64,000 nt of DNA from the human T2T-CHM13v2.0 reference genome, Homo sapiens: assembly GCF_009914755.1 (NCBI RefSeq), contig NC_060936.1. One strand, given 5' to 3'. Position numbers and translations under genes: made by a program. Of this stretch, positions 1-19,851 are shown one piece after another (the stretch's first letter is position 1; each line of letters starts with the position of its first letter). The notes beneath the pieces were generated by a model. That model had not been told where the DNA came from. It saw only the letters and a list, made by a program, of their open reading frames with translations, and made no database searches.

Positions 1-32
1 TGCAAGTTCAGCTCAGCCCTTGGACCATACAA

Positions 33-205
33 TCCTGGATTCAAATTGCACCTCTACCTCCTAGTGGAGTTTGTCAAGTTACTTAACCTAAGTTCCCCTT
101 TCCTTATAGATGAAGTGAGATTAATAAAACAGGGTTATAGAAGAGCATGTATATTAAGTGCCTATACAGTGCCTGAGACATCGTAAACAATAAATAAGTA
201 CTAGA
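33..205 (+). mobile_element. MIR (diverged)
   Basis: MIR-like core (caagttacttaacct...acagtgcctgagacatcgtaaac). Confidence 0.55.
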
Positions 206-210
206 TGCTG

Positions 211-262
211 TCATCATCACCATCACCATCACCATCACCACCATCATCACCATCACCATCAC
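211..262. repeat. (CAT/CAC)n microsatellite
   Basis: tcatcatcaccatcaccatcacc... read directly. Confidence 0.9.
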
Positions 263-885
263 ACTTCAATGTAGTTGCTTATTAAATATGCTTATCTTCC
301 TTGATAAAACAGAGACCACATTTTCTCTGTTCACCTTTTTCCCCCTGCTGCCTAACACAGTTTCTGACACAAAATAGGAGTTTAGTAACTTGACTGTTGA
401 ATGGTTTAGACAAACCCTGGTGGCCAAACAACAGCAATGGCTTTGTGGGTTCTACAATGCCTGCTCCTTCATGCACATAGTTGTCATCTTTTATTCCCCC
501 CAAAGCAACGAGATGTGGTCTAGTTCCTTCAAGGGTGAGCCTAGCAGAATAGATCCTAGACGGAGCAGGGGAGATCACTCAGAGCCTGCAGCATCTCAGA
601 GCTACAAGGGACTTCCTCAGCCTCCCAACCTACCTCCTTCATTTTACAAAGTACATCCTAAGACACATCCGTGGCTCAGCCAGGCTACAATTGACACAAC
701 TGGAGGGCTGTAGACCCGAGAAGAGGGATTTAGAAGACAACTGAGTCAGAGCAATGTAGCTACATTTTAGTTTAATTTTTTAAGTCCATCACCATTTTAT
801 CTATGAAATTTGTTTTTTATTCTTTAAGGATAACACGTAGCTAAGTGCTTATAAATAATAAATGAAAAATAATCATCATTAGCTT

Positions 886-1527
<642 letters not shown>

Positions 1528-2535
1528 TCACTACAAATAAGAAGAATGTCTACCACCTCTCTAGCATTTCATTAAGGGAGTACACTGTGGTTCTGATCAC
1601 CTGCTGTCTGAATTTTACCATAAATTATATTTTGAATGAATAATAATCTGTGACTGTATTGGCAAAACAAAGTCAAATATATGAGATATTTTTAAAAGAT
1701 GTAAGCCATTTTAATACTCTAGTTACTCTAATTCTAAGGATCGCTATTCCACAGAGGCCACTACTCTGCTTTAGAAGAGTTTCATTATACCTCCCTGGCA
1801 ATGTAAGACATAAGGAATCCAGAGTGGTTTTTACATCCATTGCATTTACCCAAATACACCATCGGAGGGCAGCACACACCTGGTTGACTTAACTGCCTGT
1901 CTGGTGGCCTTATCAAAATAGTTGTCAAATTAGTCTAAGACATTCCTAAATTACCACTCAGATAGGCAGGAAAGCTGTTGGAGAAGACAAAAGGAGCAAA
2001 GATTTTTAAAAGACAAAAGAATGCATTCCTTAAGACTCTGAGTTTCTACAAAAGGGAATCTGGAGCTAATCAATGCTGCAAAATGGGAAAACGGAGTTAA
2101 AAAAGGAATTTCCTCAATCTGAGAAAACAGATTTGTTATATTTGAAAGATTTTTACTGAGTATGATCATCCGAACACCAGCTACTAAACAAAAATCAGAT
2201 CTCCTTGTTCCTATTAAGATGCGCTAATTAATAAGATGGCAACAAAGACCACCATATAAAAGGGTTCCTTCAGTAATGTTTTCTTGAGTGAACAAAAATC
2301 AAGCCTGCCTTATATTGTATTCTACTTTGCATCACAAACAGTTTTAGTGTATTTCTGGAAAAGCATCAGCAGTTTTTTCGAATTTTAAATTCTGGAGTTA
2401 TGTAACTATATAGGCAGGCTTTTTTATAACAGAATATAACAGTGATACTTAAATAGAAGACTTCAAATGTAAATATCAGTAGAGCCTCGTTAAGGCTATA
2501 AATCCAGACTTTGTGATAATGTGGATTAAATATTA

Positions 2536-2953
<418 letters not shown>

Positions 2954-3886
2954 TTAAGAATAATTTTTAAGTTTAATTCCAATTTTAACTTGTTTGCAAA
3001 AATCTTTTTGGAGAAATATGACGTATATGCATTTCTAACCAGCTTCTTGCATGATTCTAATATAGTCACCTAGTACCAGTAAACAGACTGCTCTTTGATT
3101 TTTTTTTAGAACACCAGGCACTACTTTCTTGGAGTAGATGATTAACCCAGCTAAAGCTTGATTTTTACTAGCTAGCACTTTATTAACCTAGTGTGTTATA
3201 TTGTGACTTTAAAATGGTAAAAACAATTACAAAGTGGAGTTCTCATTCAGGTTAGCTTTCTAGTCCAAGTCACTAACAATTTACTATGTAATAGACATTC
3301 TAAGATTTCTGCCAACAATTCTATTGTCAATATATAAAATCAATTTTCAGAAAACTGTAAAGATTATTTCCTTGTTTAATTAAGATTCTACTAATCATAG
3401 AAAAGATTATATTGCACACTTTTCTCAAGTTACCTATGGGACTGACAATATGTCCATGTGTCCTGATAGTAAAGTCAGTTATCTGAATGCGTTCCATTTT
3501 GGAATAAGAGATCTAAGTGCTAAGCAAGTAACCACCACCACATTCAGGTTTAGAATTGGAAGATCTTTCATTATATTAATAGACCCTTTATTTTTAGATA
3601 TAACAAAATACCAAAGACAAATGGCCACATATATCCTAATGTACTTGAGAAATCTCGCTACTAATGCTGTGTCACTAATTTTTTAATACTGTATTTAAGA
3701 AAAAAAAAAAAGCCTGTCTTTTCTATTGGCATCATTCAAGAAGAAAAAAAAAAAGCTGAATCAGGATATTTCTGTGTGAATGCACATTCCTCACTAAATC
3801 TCTCAGGCAGCTGCTTTAGTCACTGTTACTAACACCTTGCTCTGTCATCTCTTTGTACACATGTCTAATTTATCAGTTTCTTGTAG

Positions 3887-3962
3887 ATTGTCAGCAGCCT
3901 GCTGCCTCCGTACCGCCACAGTGCTCACAACTAGCCGGGAGGCAAGACTGCCCAACTGTCAG
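3887..3962 (+). CDS. BICD1: BICD1 penultimate coding exon (76 nt), used in more than one frame
   Basis: ttgtAG acceptor ending 3886 and AG|gtaaat donor at 3963. Phase-1 entry reads (D)CQQPAASVPPQCSQLAGRQDCPTV(S) and splices in frame to 13758. Phase-0 entry reads IVSSLLPPYRHSAHN* (TAG 3932-3934). I recall both peptides as C-termini of BICD1 long and short isoforms. Confidence 0.9.
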
Positions 3963-4334
3963 GTAAATTCAGATGTCCTTTCCCTTCCACCCAGCTGCAT
4001 GTCAGATCCATAGACCCCAGCTCCCCTTTCCGACACCTGAACTGCCTACGCATCATTGTATTTTGCTGTATTTTATTTCAAGTGTGGGCTACATAGACAC
4101 ACATTGGACACCTGCAGTCCCTGCGTTCCCAGTAGGAATACAAGAGAGCTGGGGTTTATTTTGCTGGCTGCCAGCTGGTAGACTCTACAGGCTGCCTTCA
4201 GCCCCTTTGTCTGTGTAAATACTTGGATTAGTCCACTGTTTCATTCCTTTCCAAAAAATAAAAGCTGGAATTGTTATGATGTTTGTCCTACTTTTTATTT
4301 TCTTTTGTCTTTAAAATATATTTATTTTCCTGGG

Positions 4335-5161
<827 letters not shown>

Positions 5162-5826
5162 AACAGCTGTATAAAAGTGTTTCTGTGTTTCTGTTCTCTG
5201 TCCACTCAGTAGCCTTGGTAAAACTGAATTTGAAAGGTGGAGAAAAACATTGTAGTTAGCATTCAAAAGATAATATTTGCTGTGACAGTGACCTTTATGT
5301 GAGATTACTTGAAAAATTGTTAAAACAGGTTTGCACAGTCCTGAACACTGAACTGGAGAGTTTGCTGACAATTCCGATTCCAAAGGAAAGCTTTCCAAAT
5401 CAGTCATGAATTGCCCTCCATCCTGGTGAACCTCCACACAGCGTCTCAGCGTTCCATCAGGACCTCACCTCCATCCTGGAATGCTTCATCTCCAGCCACC
5501 TGGCCTCTGATGGTGCCAGACCTCAGTAGTCCGGTTGTGGTTTTCATCATCTGCTCAGTGTTCTCTCCTTATCACAGCTGTTGCCCTTCTACCAGGGGAA
5601 GGCTTCTTTTGAGCAGGGGCAGGCCCAAACACTTTCCATGTGTGTCTGAGGAGTAGATGTCAGTAGCAAGCTACATGTGGTCAGGGGTCAGAGCCAGGGG
5701 ACCTGGGGTGCCACAAGTGTGGAAACACAGTGGCAGCTGAAGCCCAAGTGTCACATGGTCTCAGAGGCGGTTGTGCAGCCAGCTGTATCAGTGGAACATT
5801 GAGTTAGCACAGAAAGGTACATTATT

Positions 5827-6589
<763 letters not shown>

Positions 6590-7735
6590 AAATAATGTAA
6601 TTATAGATTTATCTCAATTATATAAGTAACAATATAAATATTCAAACTCGTCTCAGTGGGATTCTGAATTTGTAGCGGTTAAGAACAGGGCTCTTCACCT
6701 ACAGTCCATTCTCCACCAAGCACCCCCAGCCCTTACCCCAAGGCCTGGGTCAGTGCTGGGCACATGACAGCTGTGCACTAAATATTGATTATACCTGAGA
6801 GAGTGAATGAGCTCTGGAATCAGATTGCTTGGGTTGAATTCCCACTTCTAATACCCACTGGTTGTTTAACTTTGGAAAATTTCTTTTGCTGGCTAAGATT
6901 CCATTTCTTCACTTGTAAAGTTCAGATGACAATAGATACTGAGGGAATTCAGCGAGGCACGCTCCTGGCTTGGAGTGTCTGCTCAGTATCTGTTATCAAT
7001 ACTTTTTTAGTATCTTACCATTCCTCAAGACAAAGATCTGCAATCTCTTAACCTCTCTAATTTGCTGAAGAAAGCGTGGAGCGGGCTGCTGTTTTGTTTG
7101 CTTCAGAGATTGGGTCTGGCTATGTTGCCCAAACTGGACTTGAACCCTGGGCTCGAGCAACCTTCCTGCCTCAGAAGACTACTGCTTGAAGTGTTTCCAT
7201 TAAGTAGGAAATGGAAAGGCTGGCAGGAGATTTTTTTAACTTTTTTTTTTCCACCTTGCTTGTTTTTTGAGAACCAGTTTGACTAAACAATTATGTAGTC
7301 TAGTTCCATCTGTTCTGAGATTAATAAATTTAGGTTGCTTACTACTACCACAGGGATGATTTACTTTAAAGAAAAGCAATTTAATGAATTACAAACATTT
7401 CCAGCTTCTCAAATGTTTCCAGTTTCTACCCACATGAATACAGCCTGGTCTAGAGCCCAATTCTACTACTGTTCCCCATCGTGGTCTACGTAAAGAAATG
7501 ATTAAATGCATATAGATCTGAAAAGACTCTTTTCCAAAATTGCTGGGATGATGACTGACTCTTTTCCCACCCATACACACTGCCAAATGGGTCAATGTTA
7601 ATACCTTCATTGCCCTTTTTACTCCTTCTTGGCAGAAAAGTTAACACATAGCCAACATTCGAATTCTTAGTATAAACCAGACAAGGGTTCATTTCTTTAC
7701 ACATATTAAACATTACAGCCTTCCATAAGGGATAA

Positions 7736-8104
<369 letters not shown>

Positions 8105-8415
8105 TTACACCCATTTTTATGTGACGAAATTGAGGTTTGGGAAGGTAAAATGACTTGTTCAAGGTCACATATCCTGAACACAACTGAGCCTAGTGACTCC
8201 TACCTACCACCACAGGTGGCTGCACTGCAGAGGAGAAATCTATTTCAGTTACACTGTGAGGAGCAAAGTCAGAGTATGTAAATCACCCACCATGATTCCT
8301 TTTCCCTCAAACTGAAGAGGAATGTTTGTTTAATGAGAAACAGAAGATGTGCTAAGAATGTTGAGTTATTTCACATCAGGTGTTCTGTTTCTCATTTTGA
8401 AAAATGATTTTGAGT

Positions 8416-10539
<2,124 letters not shown>

Positions 10540-10736
10540 CTAAAAAGAAATTAGTTCTGGTGCTGACTTCCACAGCACGTATAGTAAAATTGGAGTTTTT
10601 TTTACTATATGTGCTGTGGAAGTCAGCAGTCTAAGTCATGCATATTTGCAGAAAAACTGTTAGGTCGATGGGAAAGTCTGGCCTATAACCTGCTGTTTAC
10701 CAGGCCGTCAAACTCTGTTTGGAGGGTCAAGTGTGA

Positions 10737-11441
<705 letters not shown>

Positions 11442-11463
11442 TTATTTTCCAATTTATAAATGA

Positions 11464-11752
<289 letters not shown>

Positions 11753-12298
11753 TTACAAATGAAACTATGCGCTATTTTCTTAGGCTTTTTGTTGAAGGTC
11801 CAGTTCTCCCATGTTTACATACCACATTTTAAAAATAGGTAGGAAAAACAATTTTTATCACTGCTTGTCTTAACCAGTACAGAACAGCAAAGCTTCTTTT
11901 AAACTATATTTACAGCACTTCAAAGAGTTTGGGAAGAAAGAATAACCTCAAGCCAGTCAGATATTTTCCATAATTATGATTTTGTATTAAAATGCAAGAG
12001 ATATAGGTAGAGGATAATTTCAGTACCAAAGATAAAAATTATTTAATACTAATTTTAATGACTCCATTACATTTTAAACTCCATTAAATTTAAAGCTAAT
12101 TTTAATTAGCTTTAAAAAGCTATGCTTAAATTAATAGTAATAATGAGCCTTGAATTGTTCTCTCAAACATCACTTCTGGTAGAAATGAATTATATAGTAC
12201 TGACTTTCATAGTTTAAGGGAATATAACAGAGTTTTAGAAAAATACTCTTTTCTAATTAAAAAAACAAATCTCCATGTTGTGATTCCCCCATTGCTAG

Positions 12299-12603
<305 letters not shown>

Positions 12604-12777
12604 GCTAGTCAAATTTTAAAAGGCCCAAACCCAAATGTGTTTTGTCATTTTACCCTAGGAAACTCAATGATTTTGCTTCTTTATTCTTCAAGATTATTCA
12701 TCCAGACCCTGATAGGCCTGAGCACAGGTTCATTTAAACTAGAGGCTATCACAGGCGTCGTTTGGAAAGTTACATTA

Positions 12778-13125
<348 letters not shown>

Positions 13126-13231
13126 TTATACCTCCAAGCCCAAGCAGGTAGGGGGAATTCTTAGAGCAAATTAGACTTCCACAGGCAAATTCTTTATCCT
13201 AGTGAATCTGGATCTACCAGATAACTATAGA

Positions 13232-13402
13232 ATCCTCTAAACTCCAAAGCCTTGGTCAACCTGTCAGTACCATCAGCATCACTGGGAGCTCATTAAAAAT
13301 GTAGAATCTCAGATCTCACCCCACACCTAATGAATCCGAATCTGCCCTTTATACTGAGCTCCCCAGGTAATTTGCATGCATATTAAAGTTTGAAAAGAAC
13401 TG
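13232..13402. mobile_element. MER5-type hAT-Charlie DNA transposon relic
   Basis: catcagcatcactgggagctcattaaaaatgtagaatctcag...taaagtttgaaaagaactg resembles MER5A/B. Confidence 0.65.
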
Positions 13403-13757
13403 ATCTCATGAAATCTTACAGCTAACACAGAGACCTAGGAGAACAAGACCGTGCAAAAATTGAGAAGAACTTCTGTAAAATGCTGGGGGCAAGAAAATAG
13501 GGAAAACAAGAAAAGAGAAGAGTGACTTTGAGGGAAGAGTGCATATATCATTTCCTTAATACATTTCATTTTTCTTTTTTATGCCTTGTTTTGAAAAGCT
13601 ACCATTATCTTGGCATGCTTTAGATGGAAACCATTTACTGTGCAGATTTCTGTTCTTGTTCTCAAAATCTATGCAAAAATATCTCGTCTAACCCCTACCA
13701 TTGTGCCTGGCCCTTTGAAATGTGTTTCTTGCTGACGTGCTTGTTTCTCCTTTCCAG

Positions 13758-13845
13758 TCCTGACACAGCTCTCCCTGAGGAGCAGCCACATTCCAGCTCC
13801 CAGTGCGCCCCTCTCCACTGTCTCTCCAAGCCTCCTCACCCCTAG
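13758..13845 (+). CDS. BICD1: BICD1 last exon, coding part (long isoform C-terminus PDTALPEEQPHSSSQCAPLHCLSKPPHP*)
   Basis: Branch-like CTGAC 13732-13736, pyrimidine tract and ccAG acceptor ending 13757; frame is continuous with exon 3887-3962; TAG ends 13845. Confidence 0.9.
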
Positions 13846-16800
13846 TCTTCATCTCCTGTGGACGAACATCTGGGGTGGAAGTTTTGTAGCCACACACAGG
13901 ATACTGCCCAAGATCCAGCGGGTGTTTTCTTCTCGGTTGTTAGATGTACAATTGGATTAATGTCCATCGTTTTGGAAGACGAGAGAAAGTTGAGAAGAAC
14001 ACGAAGCACAGACCCTGATGTGATAAAACATTTTGTGGTTTCTCTGAGTCACAGATAAACTTCTGCCATCAAATGGCTACAGTTCATTTAAATTTAAAAA
14101 AAAGAAAAAAGAAACAGAAAACGTGTCTCAGATGGCTGGCTTTACCTCGATAGCATAAGAGAGACCTAAGACATGTAAAATACGTATATTGCAGTATCAT
14201 CTTTCCTCACACTCCAAATTCAGCTAGGGAAGTTGATTCCAATATGTTTGTCATTGATATTTATTTTGTACTTTATTTGCTACATGATTTATGTCTATAC
14301 AAATAATTTCTCTGAGGTGAATTTAATTCATTTATTTTCAAATAAGCATAATTTGCTCAATTAAGTATGAGTTTGAATTTAGTTTGAAATCTGGAATTGG
14401 CCAGACTGTGGTCATTTTTCTTGCACAAAATGATAAATGAGGTGCATCAGAATGTTAACAATAACTGTATTTTGCTGCTACGCTGGTATTGTTTAGGCAC
14501 TTACTTTCTAATCAGTAGCTCATTAACTGCTGGGTTTTGTTTTTGTATTTTTAACTAGAGTTCTTCACTGGACATTACTAAGTAAATCTAAGAAAGAGAC
14601 TAAGTTATGATTTATTGACTTATTCAAGTTTTGATGGCATCTTTACTTTTATTTTTTCATTGCAGTTGAGTAGATGTACTGGTGCTGCTCCTTTGTATGT
14701 GTGTATGTGTGTGATAACGTTAAAGAAGGCTCAATAACTTGAAGGGAAAAAAATGGTGTGTTTATTTAATGACCAGAATTTTTTTTACTTCTCCCAAAAT
14801 CAGGGTCCTACTGAGTCTTTCCTGATAAAAGGTATCAAGTACAAATGGGAAAATATATACATATATAGATGTAAGATAGCCTTTAATTAATTAATTTACC
14901 CAGAGAGTGTTCAAAGTTTGATTAAAATTGTATGTTTTGTTGTTGTTAGTTTTTTTCATAACGAATCTTCCTTGCCAAAAAAACAATAGATAATAAACCT
15001 TAGCTCATTGTCTACTTTTGACAAACACTCAGGTGCCTACAAACATTCTATTATCTTGAGATAATACATGTTCCTGGTTAATTTACAGATTCTGCTGGGT
15101 AACTTTTATGACTTGATTTAAGGCAGTGGATTTTCATAGCAAAATTTATTTTGCACATAATCTGACAAACAAGGAAAACAGCTAACTGAGCTGAAAGGTC
15201 TAACACTCTCGGGCTCCTTAACCATCAAGTGCTGCCCACACAATTGCTCCTAGCCCTGATTCCTTGTCTTTGTCAGGTAGCCTTAACTTATTTAAAACCA
15301 TAAGGGTTTGACCTTTTCATATAAAGACATCTGTAACTTCTCTTCAAAACAAAAATGACCCTCACTGTTAACACAAAGGACAGTTACCAGTGTAGGGCAC
15401 TGAGAAAGGAGATCCAGGAGCCACTCAGCTTATTGAGCGGACATGGGTGGCACAGAAATGGAGTGGTCCATCAGAGACCAAATGGTAAGTCGTAAAGCAC
15501 ATTGCAGGAGCTTTCGTTAGTCATACGCCTATTAAGTAGTGGTCGCTATTACCAAAGCAACCAGGACGTTTTGTGTTCTTTATATGAGTGCTATTTTCCA
15601 CAGTGTCATTTATTATGCAACGTGGAGTAAAGAGTTGAAATCTTCACCAAAATAAGGGTTCAGGTTAAAGTACAGAAACAGAAACAAAACGATTCGACAT
15701 GAAGTTCCCAACCATAGCAGCCTAACCTTCTGCTCTTTTCTACCTGCATGGCCTTGCTGTTCCTAAACATTGTCTTCATTTCACTGGCGTTGTATCTGCC
15801 TAGTACCAGTATTAGTGAGACTGTGGATTTTATCAGAGTTCAATGAAAGAAAGCTTACCCCTGCCCTCACTTTGTGTTTTTTATTTTTCCCCCTTTCTCA
15901 AGCACCACGTATTTGGACCTGAGAAGTGGCATAGCTGCTAAGTTGACTTTTAATAAAAAACTGTTTGTGCCTGAGGGAAATATATGCCTTTTTAAAAAGT
16001 ACCTCAGAACATGTTCGTAGATCGTCTCATCGGTTTTGTTTGGTGGGACTGGGAGTTCAGCAGGAAGTATTGTCTGTGTGTGATGACGGGGCAGTATTGC
16101 CAGTCGGCAATGTTGTATTTGCATTCTTTATCCCTAACTCTGAATCTAGGACTCCATGAAAAGCCGGGTCACCCACAAAACATTTCTTCCAATACAAAGT
16201 GTATTATTACGTCTATTATAAACTAGTTTCATTTCAGTTATTTATCTTCATAGAGTGGGAAAGTCTTTTTCTGAAATACTAATTCTATGAAAATAATAAT
16301 TTTAGTGAATCTTTGCCAAGAAGTTATAGAAACTTGGAAATAAATTTCTCATTTTCAGCACAAAATTAAGTGATAGTCCCTAAGCAGTAAGAGAGAATAC
16401 CATGTATTTACACTGTGGCATCATTTAGTATAGTTTACACTGAGCCATATTTATTTATAGGCATTTAAAGTGAATCAGTATGTGTAGTGTTGATAAAAAT
16501 CAGTATCTGTAAAGATAACATCAGGAATTCAAAAGGAAATTGAAAAGGGGCAGAACTAGTGAGAACCAAAAAGAATGAACTCCAGTAAGACTAATTGAAG
16601 ACATACTTGGAGAGGAAAAATAAACAGCAGAAATGCACTAAAAAATACTGGCTAATTATTGCAAACAGAGTGAGCAAAGATTAATGCTAACTAGTAAAAG
16701 TAGTTAGCAAAGTAAACAGGTAGTTTTTTAAAAGTAAGCACAATTACAATATTGAATAGTATGGAGAAATGCTTTTCTCCTGAGGATTTTCCTTAATCAA

Positions 16801-19800
16801 AAAATAAGAAGAAGCAATAAATTGTCTTTGGCCTGAGTGCTGAGTGGCATAAATAAAGGAGCTTGGCTTAATCTTTCTGGTCCACACATAATCCATTAGA
16901 TCCCATTCATATATCCAACTCTGGATTCTAATAAAATAATTTGGAGAACTTTGAGAAAAAGGAAAACTGTTAAATAAGAAAAGACCTATTTAGAAATTAT
17001 ACTTTAGTCTAACGAAGAGGAGGTACAATAGTAGTCTTCAAGAAAAGAATATTTAACAAATGATAGATATCAGCTATAGATATTGTTACTAAGTCTAGAA
17101 TAAAAAAGGCTTCAGTGTGAAGGATGTATAGTAACTCTAGGAAAGAGATTTTTAACACTGGGAAATTAACGTGGAAATTGATAATCATAAAGAATATTTG
17201 TTTTGTAAAAATTGAATATCATTGGTGGTCTAGTAAGTATTAAGTGGCAAGATAGGAGAATGCATTTCAGTTCTGGGAGCTCATAATCCTGTGATTCTTT
17301 TATTTTAAGTTTTAAAATACATTAAAATTTTACTGGTTAATCATAAAATATTTTATATTTGAAAATAGGATGGCAATCTTTATTTTTCCAAGATATTTGT
17401 TGGAAAAAAATGATCGTTGGTATTATTTTTTCTTTCAGCTATATTCCATGGTATCTTTAAAATTGTTCAGAATATAGGACTTTTACTAAAAAAATTCAAT
17501 TGTCAGAGTCTAAAAAAACAATGTCCTCAGGAATACTTCAGAAATAGAAGGTATGCAATCCCTTAGTGGGGGGCAAACACATTTCAGATTTCGTCTTTAT
17601 TTAAAAGGATCTTCAGTCTACAACATTTGCTTTTTTCGTGCTTTGGAAAATATCCTTGTGCAGATAAGTTCTTCTGTTTGAAACAAGCATGAAACATTGG
17701 TCCAATAACCTAAGAATGTGGAGATTTCTTGATATTCTGTATTAATTAAAGTTCTCTACATGTCTCAAATGGAGATCACAAAACATGAAAAGGAAGAAAT
17801 GAAATATCTTTTCTTCTGGGATGAGTGTCAATTTTAATGTATAATTGTCATAATCAATCAGCCAAAAGTTACAATCTGTCCCTCAGAGACATTGGGGGAA
17901 GCTGATGGATTTCCAGTAAGGAACTGTGGTGGGTTCAAACTCAGGCTGCCACAAATACATTGATATGGTAGGTAGGAAGTAGGACTAAATTTGAAAGAAA
18001 CTTATGGGATAAAGTTCACAATTTTAAAAAGGTTGCCCTCCAGTTTTTTTGTTTGTTTATAAACTAGAGTGATTTTTAAGTAACCCTTATATTTAAGGCT
18101 GCAAAAAATGTACAAGAGTATGTTTTCAAGTAAAGGGAACATAATTCTTCAAAAAGCTGTTGAACTGGAGTTATGATAGGTTATGACAGAGAGCATGATC
18201 AGTGCTGATACTGACAAGTACTTTTTTACCTTAAAATCAACTTCTATGGAACTACAAGATCAATCTAGCTCCCGAGTGACATTTTCCATTGTCTGTAATA
18301 ATGCCCTCGGATGAGTTGTGTCTAAAATTAAGTTCATCTTTATTTATATGCGAACTTAACTGCCATAGTCCCTAATGTATTGCGTTTGTAACCTGATCGT
18401 ATTATGTTTACAGCTGAAAGATTTCATCTAGACATGTCTTTCGTCCTTATTATTCAAAGTGTAATTGAAAGAGATATTTAGTATTAAGACATGTTCCCCA
18501 ATTGAGAATTTTCCAGAATATTCTACTTAAGAAGAAGAAGAGCAATTAACTGCCTTTAGTGTAAGGGCGAGAGTGCATAGAAATATGCAATGTAAAATGT
18601 TTGCATGAATTATTTCACATCATGTAAGCTTTCCCATATTCATAAGATGAACACTATAGAAGTCTCATTTCTCTGTGATCTTCTGTCCATTAGGAAAGTA
18701 AGGAGATTGTTATCTATATCTAGTCTCCTTTCCATATTGAACTGCATGGCTCTAATCCTCAGTGTATTTTTATCCCTTCTCGAGTTATTTAAAATTTGCC
18801 CTATTTAAGCTGAAGCCTGGATAAACTGCTGAGCCAGATTATTCCTGTGATTGGAGTTTAATTGCTGTAGAACACTTGTTGAGAACACATTTTTTACTTT
18901 TTTTCTTTCAGAATTATTCCTCAATCATTGTTCTCTAATGAAAACACCGAGAAGTAAATCTGGTGCTTCTTAGTGTAAATATGTTTTTCTTTTTAAAAAG
19001 TCATTTTAAAACAAAGATGAGAGAACTATAAAGTAAGGGGAAATATCATTTTATTTAAAAATAATTATTCAATGATAGATAATGGAGATACAGAATGACT
19101 CATTGGGTTCATAGGTATGATTTGTGCAGCCAGTCTTAGAGGAAATACATCATTTTAACATTATTCCCACAAAATGTTAAAGCTCAATGGTTTGACTATG
19201 AGAGTCAAACAATTACTATTTGAAAATCTCTTATGACATTTTTATAATCTACTCTGTTTTTATTTGCATGATTATGCTTATGTGATGAACCATCCATGAT
19301 TCTGATATTGTATTTCTTTCCAGTATTAACATGTGTATTGTGTGGCCAACTCTGATTTGTACACCGTATTATTGTTGTAATGATTCAACTGTTCCTACAT
19401 TTAATTGCAGTTTAATTATTATGCCTTTTGGGGTTAAATGATGTGAAGTGTTTCCACCTACTGATAAATACCATATGAAAACACGACTAAAAGACTGATT
19501 TAAGAAACTTGTTATTTTTAAAAATATGAATTTCAAAAGAAATGTTCTCAAAGACACATGCATTTATTTTAAATTCAAAAAATTCTTATGAATTTATTAT
19601 TGCTTGTACTTTAACTTTTTTTATTGTAGACAATCCTAAGTGAATAATGTCTCATGGGAGAACACATGATATGTGCTTGTATTTGTGTAATCTGATCATG
19701 CACTCAATGGTTGGAAAAGGCACTCCAGTGCTAAGAAAATAACCAGAAGCCAATATATCGATTCTTATATCTCGGTTTATGTTACCAACTGAATATGGTG

Positions 19801-19851
19801 TAATGCATAACTTTTTCCAGTAAATAAACTGGTTATTTTTTGTTCATTTCA
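13846..19851 (+). other. BICD1: BICD1 long 3'UTR (~6 kb; end approximate)
   Basis: AT-rich stretch without recognisable interspersed repeats after the stop codon, ending shortly after AATAAA 19823-19828. Confidence 0.7.
19823..19828 (+). terminator. Probable distal polyadenylation signal of BICD1
   Basis: AATAAA with upstream TGTA (~19799) and U/GU-rich downstream sequence, close to where unique sequence gives way to repeats. Confidence 0.65.

Noticed and set aside
211-262. CAT/CAC run that would encode poly-histidine
   Set aside because: Intronic microsatellite at the end of a MIR; no supporting ORF or splice sites.
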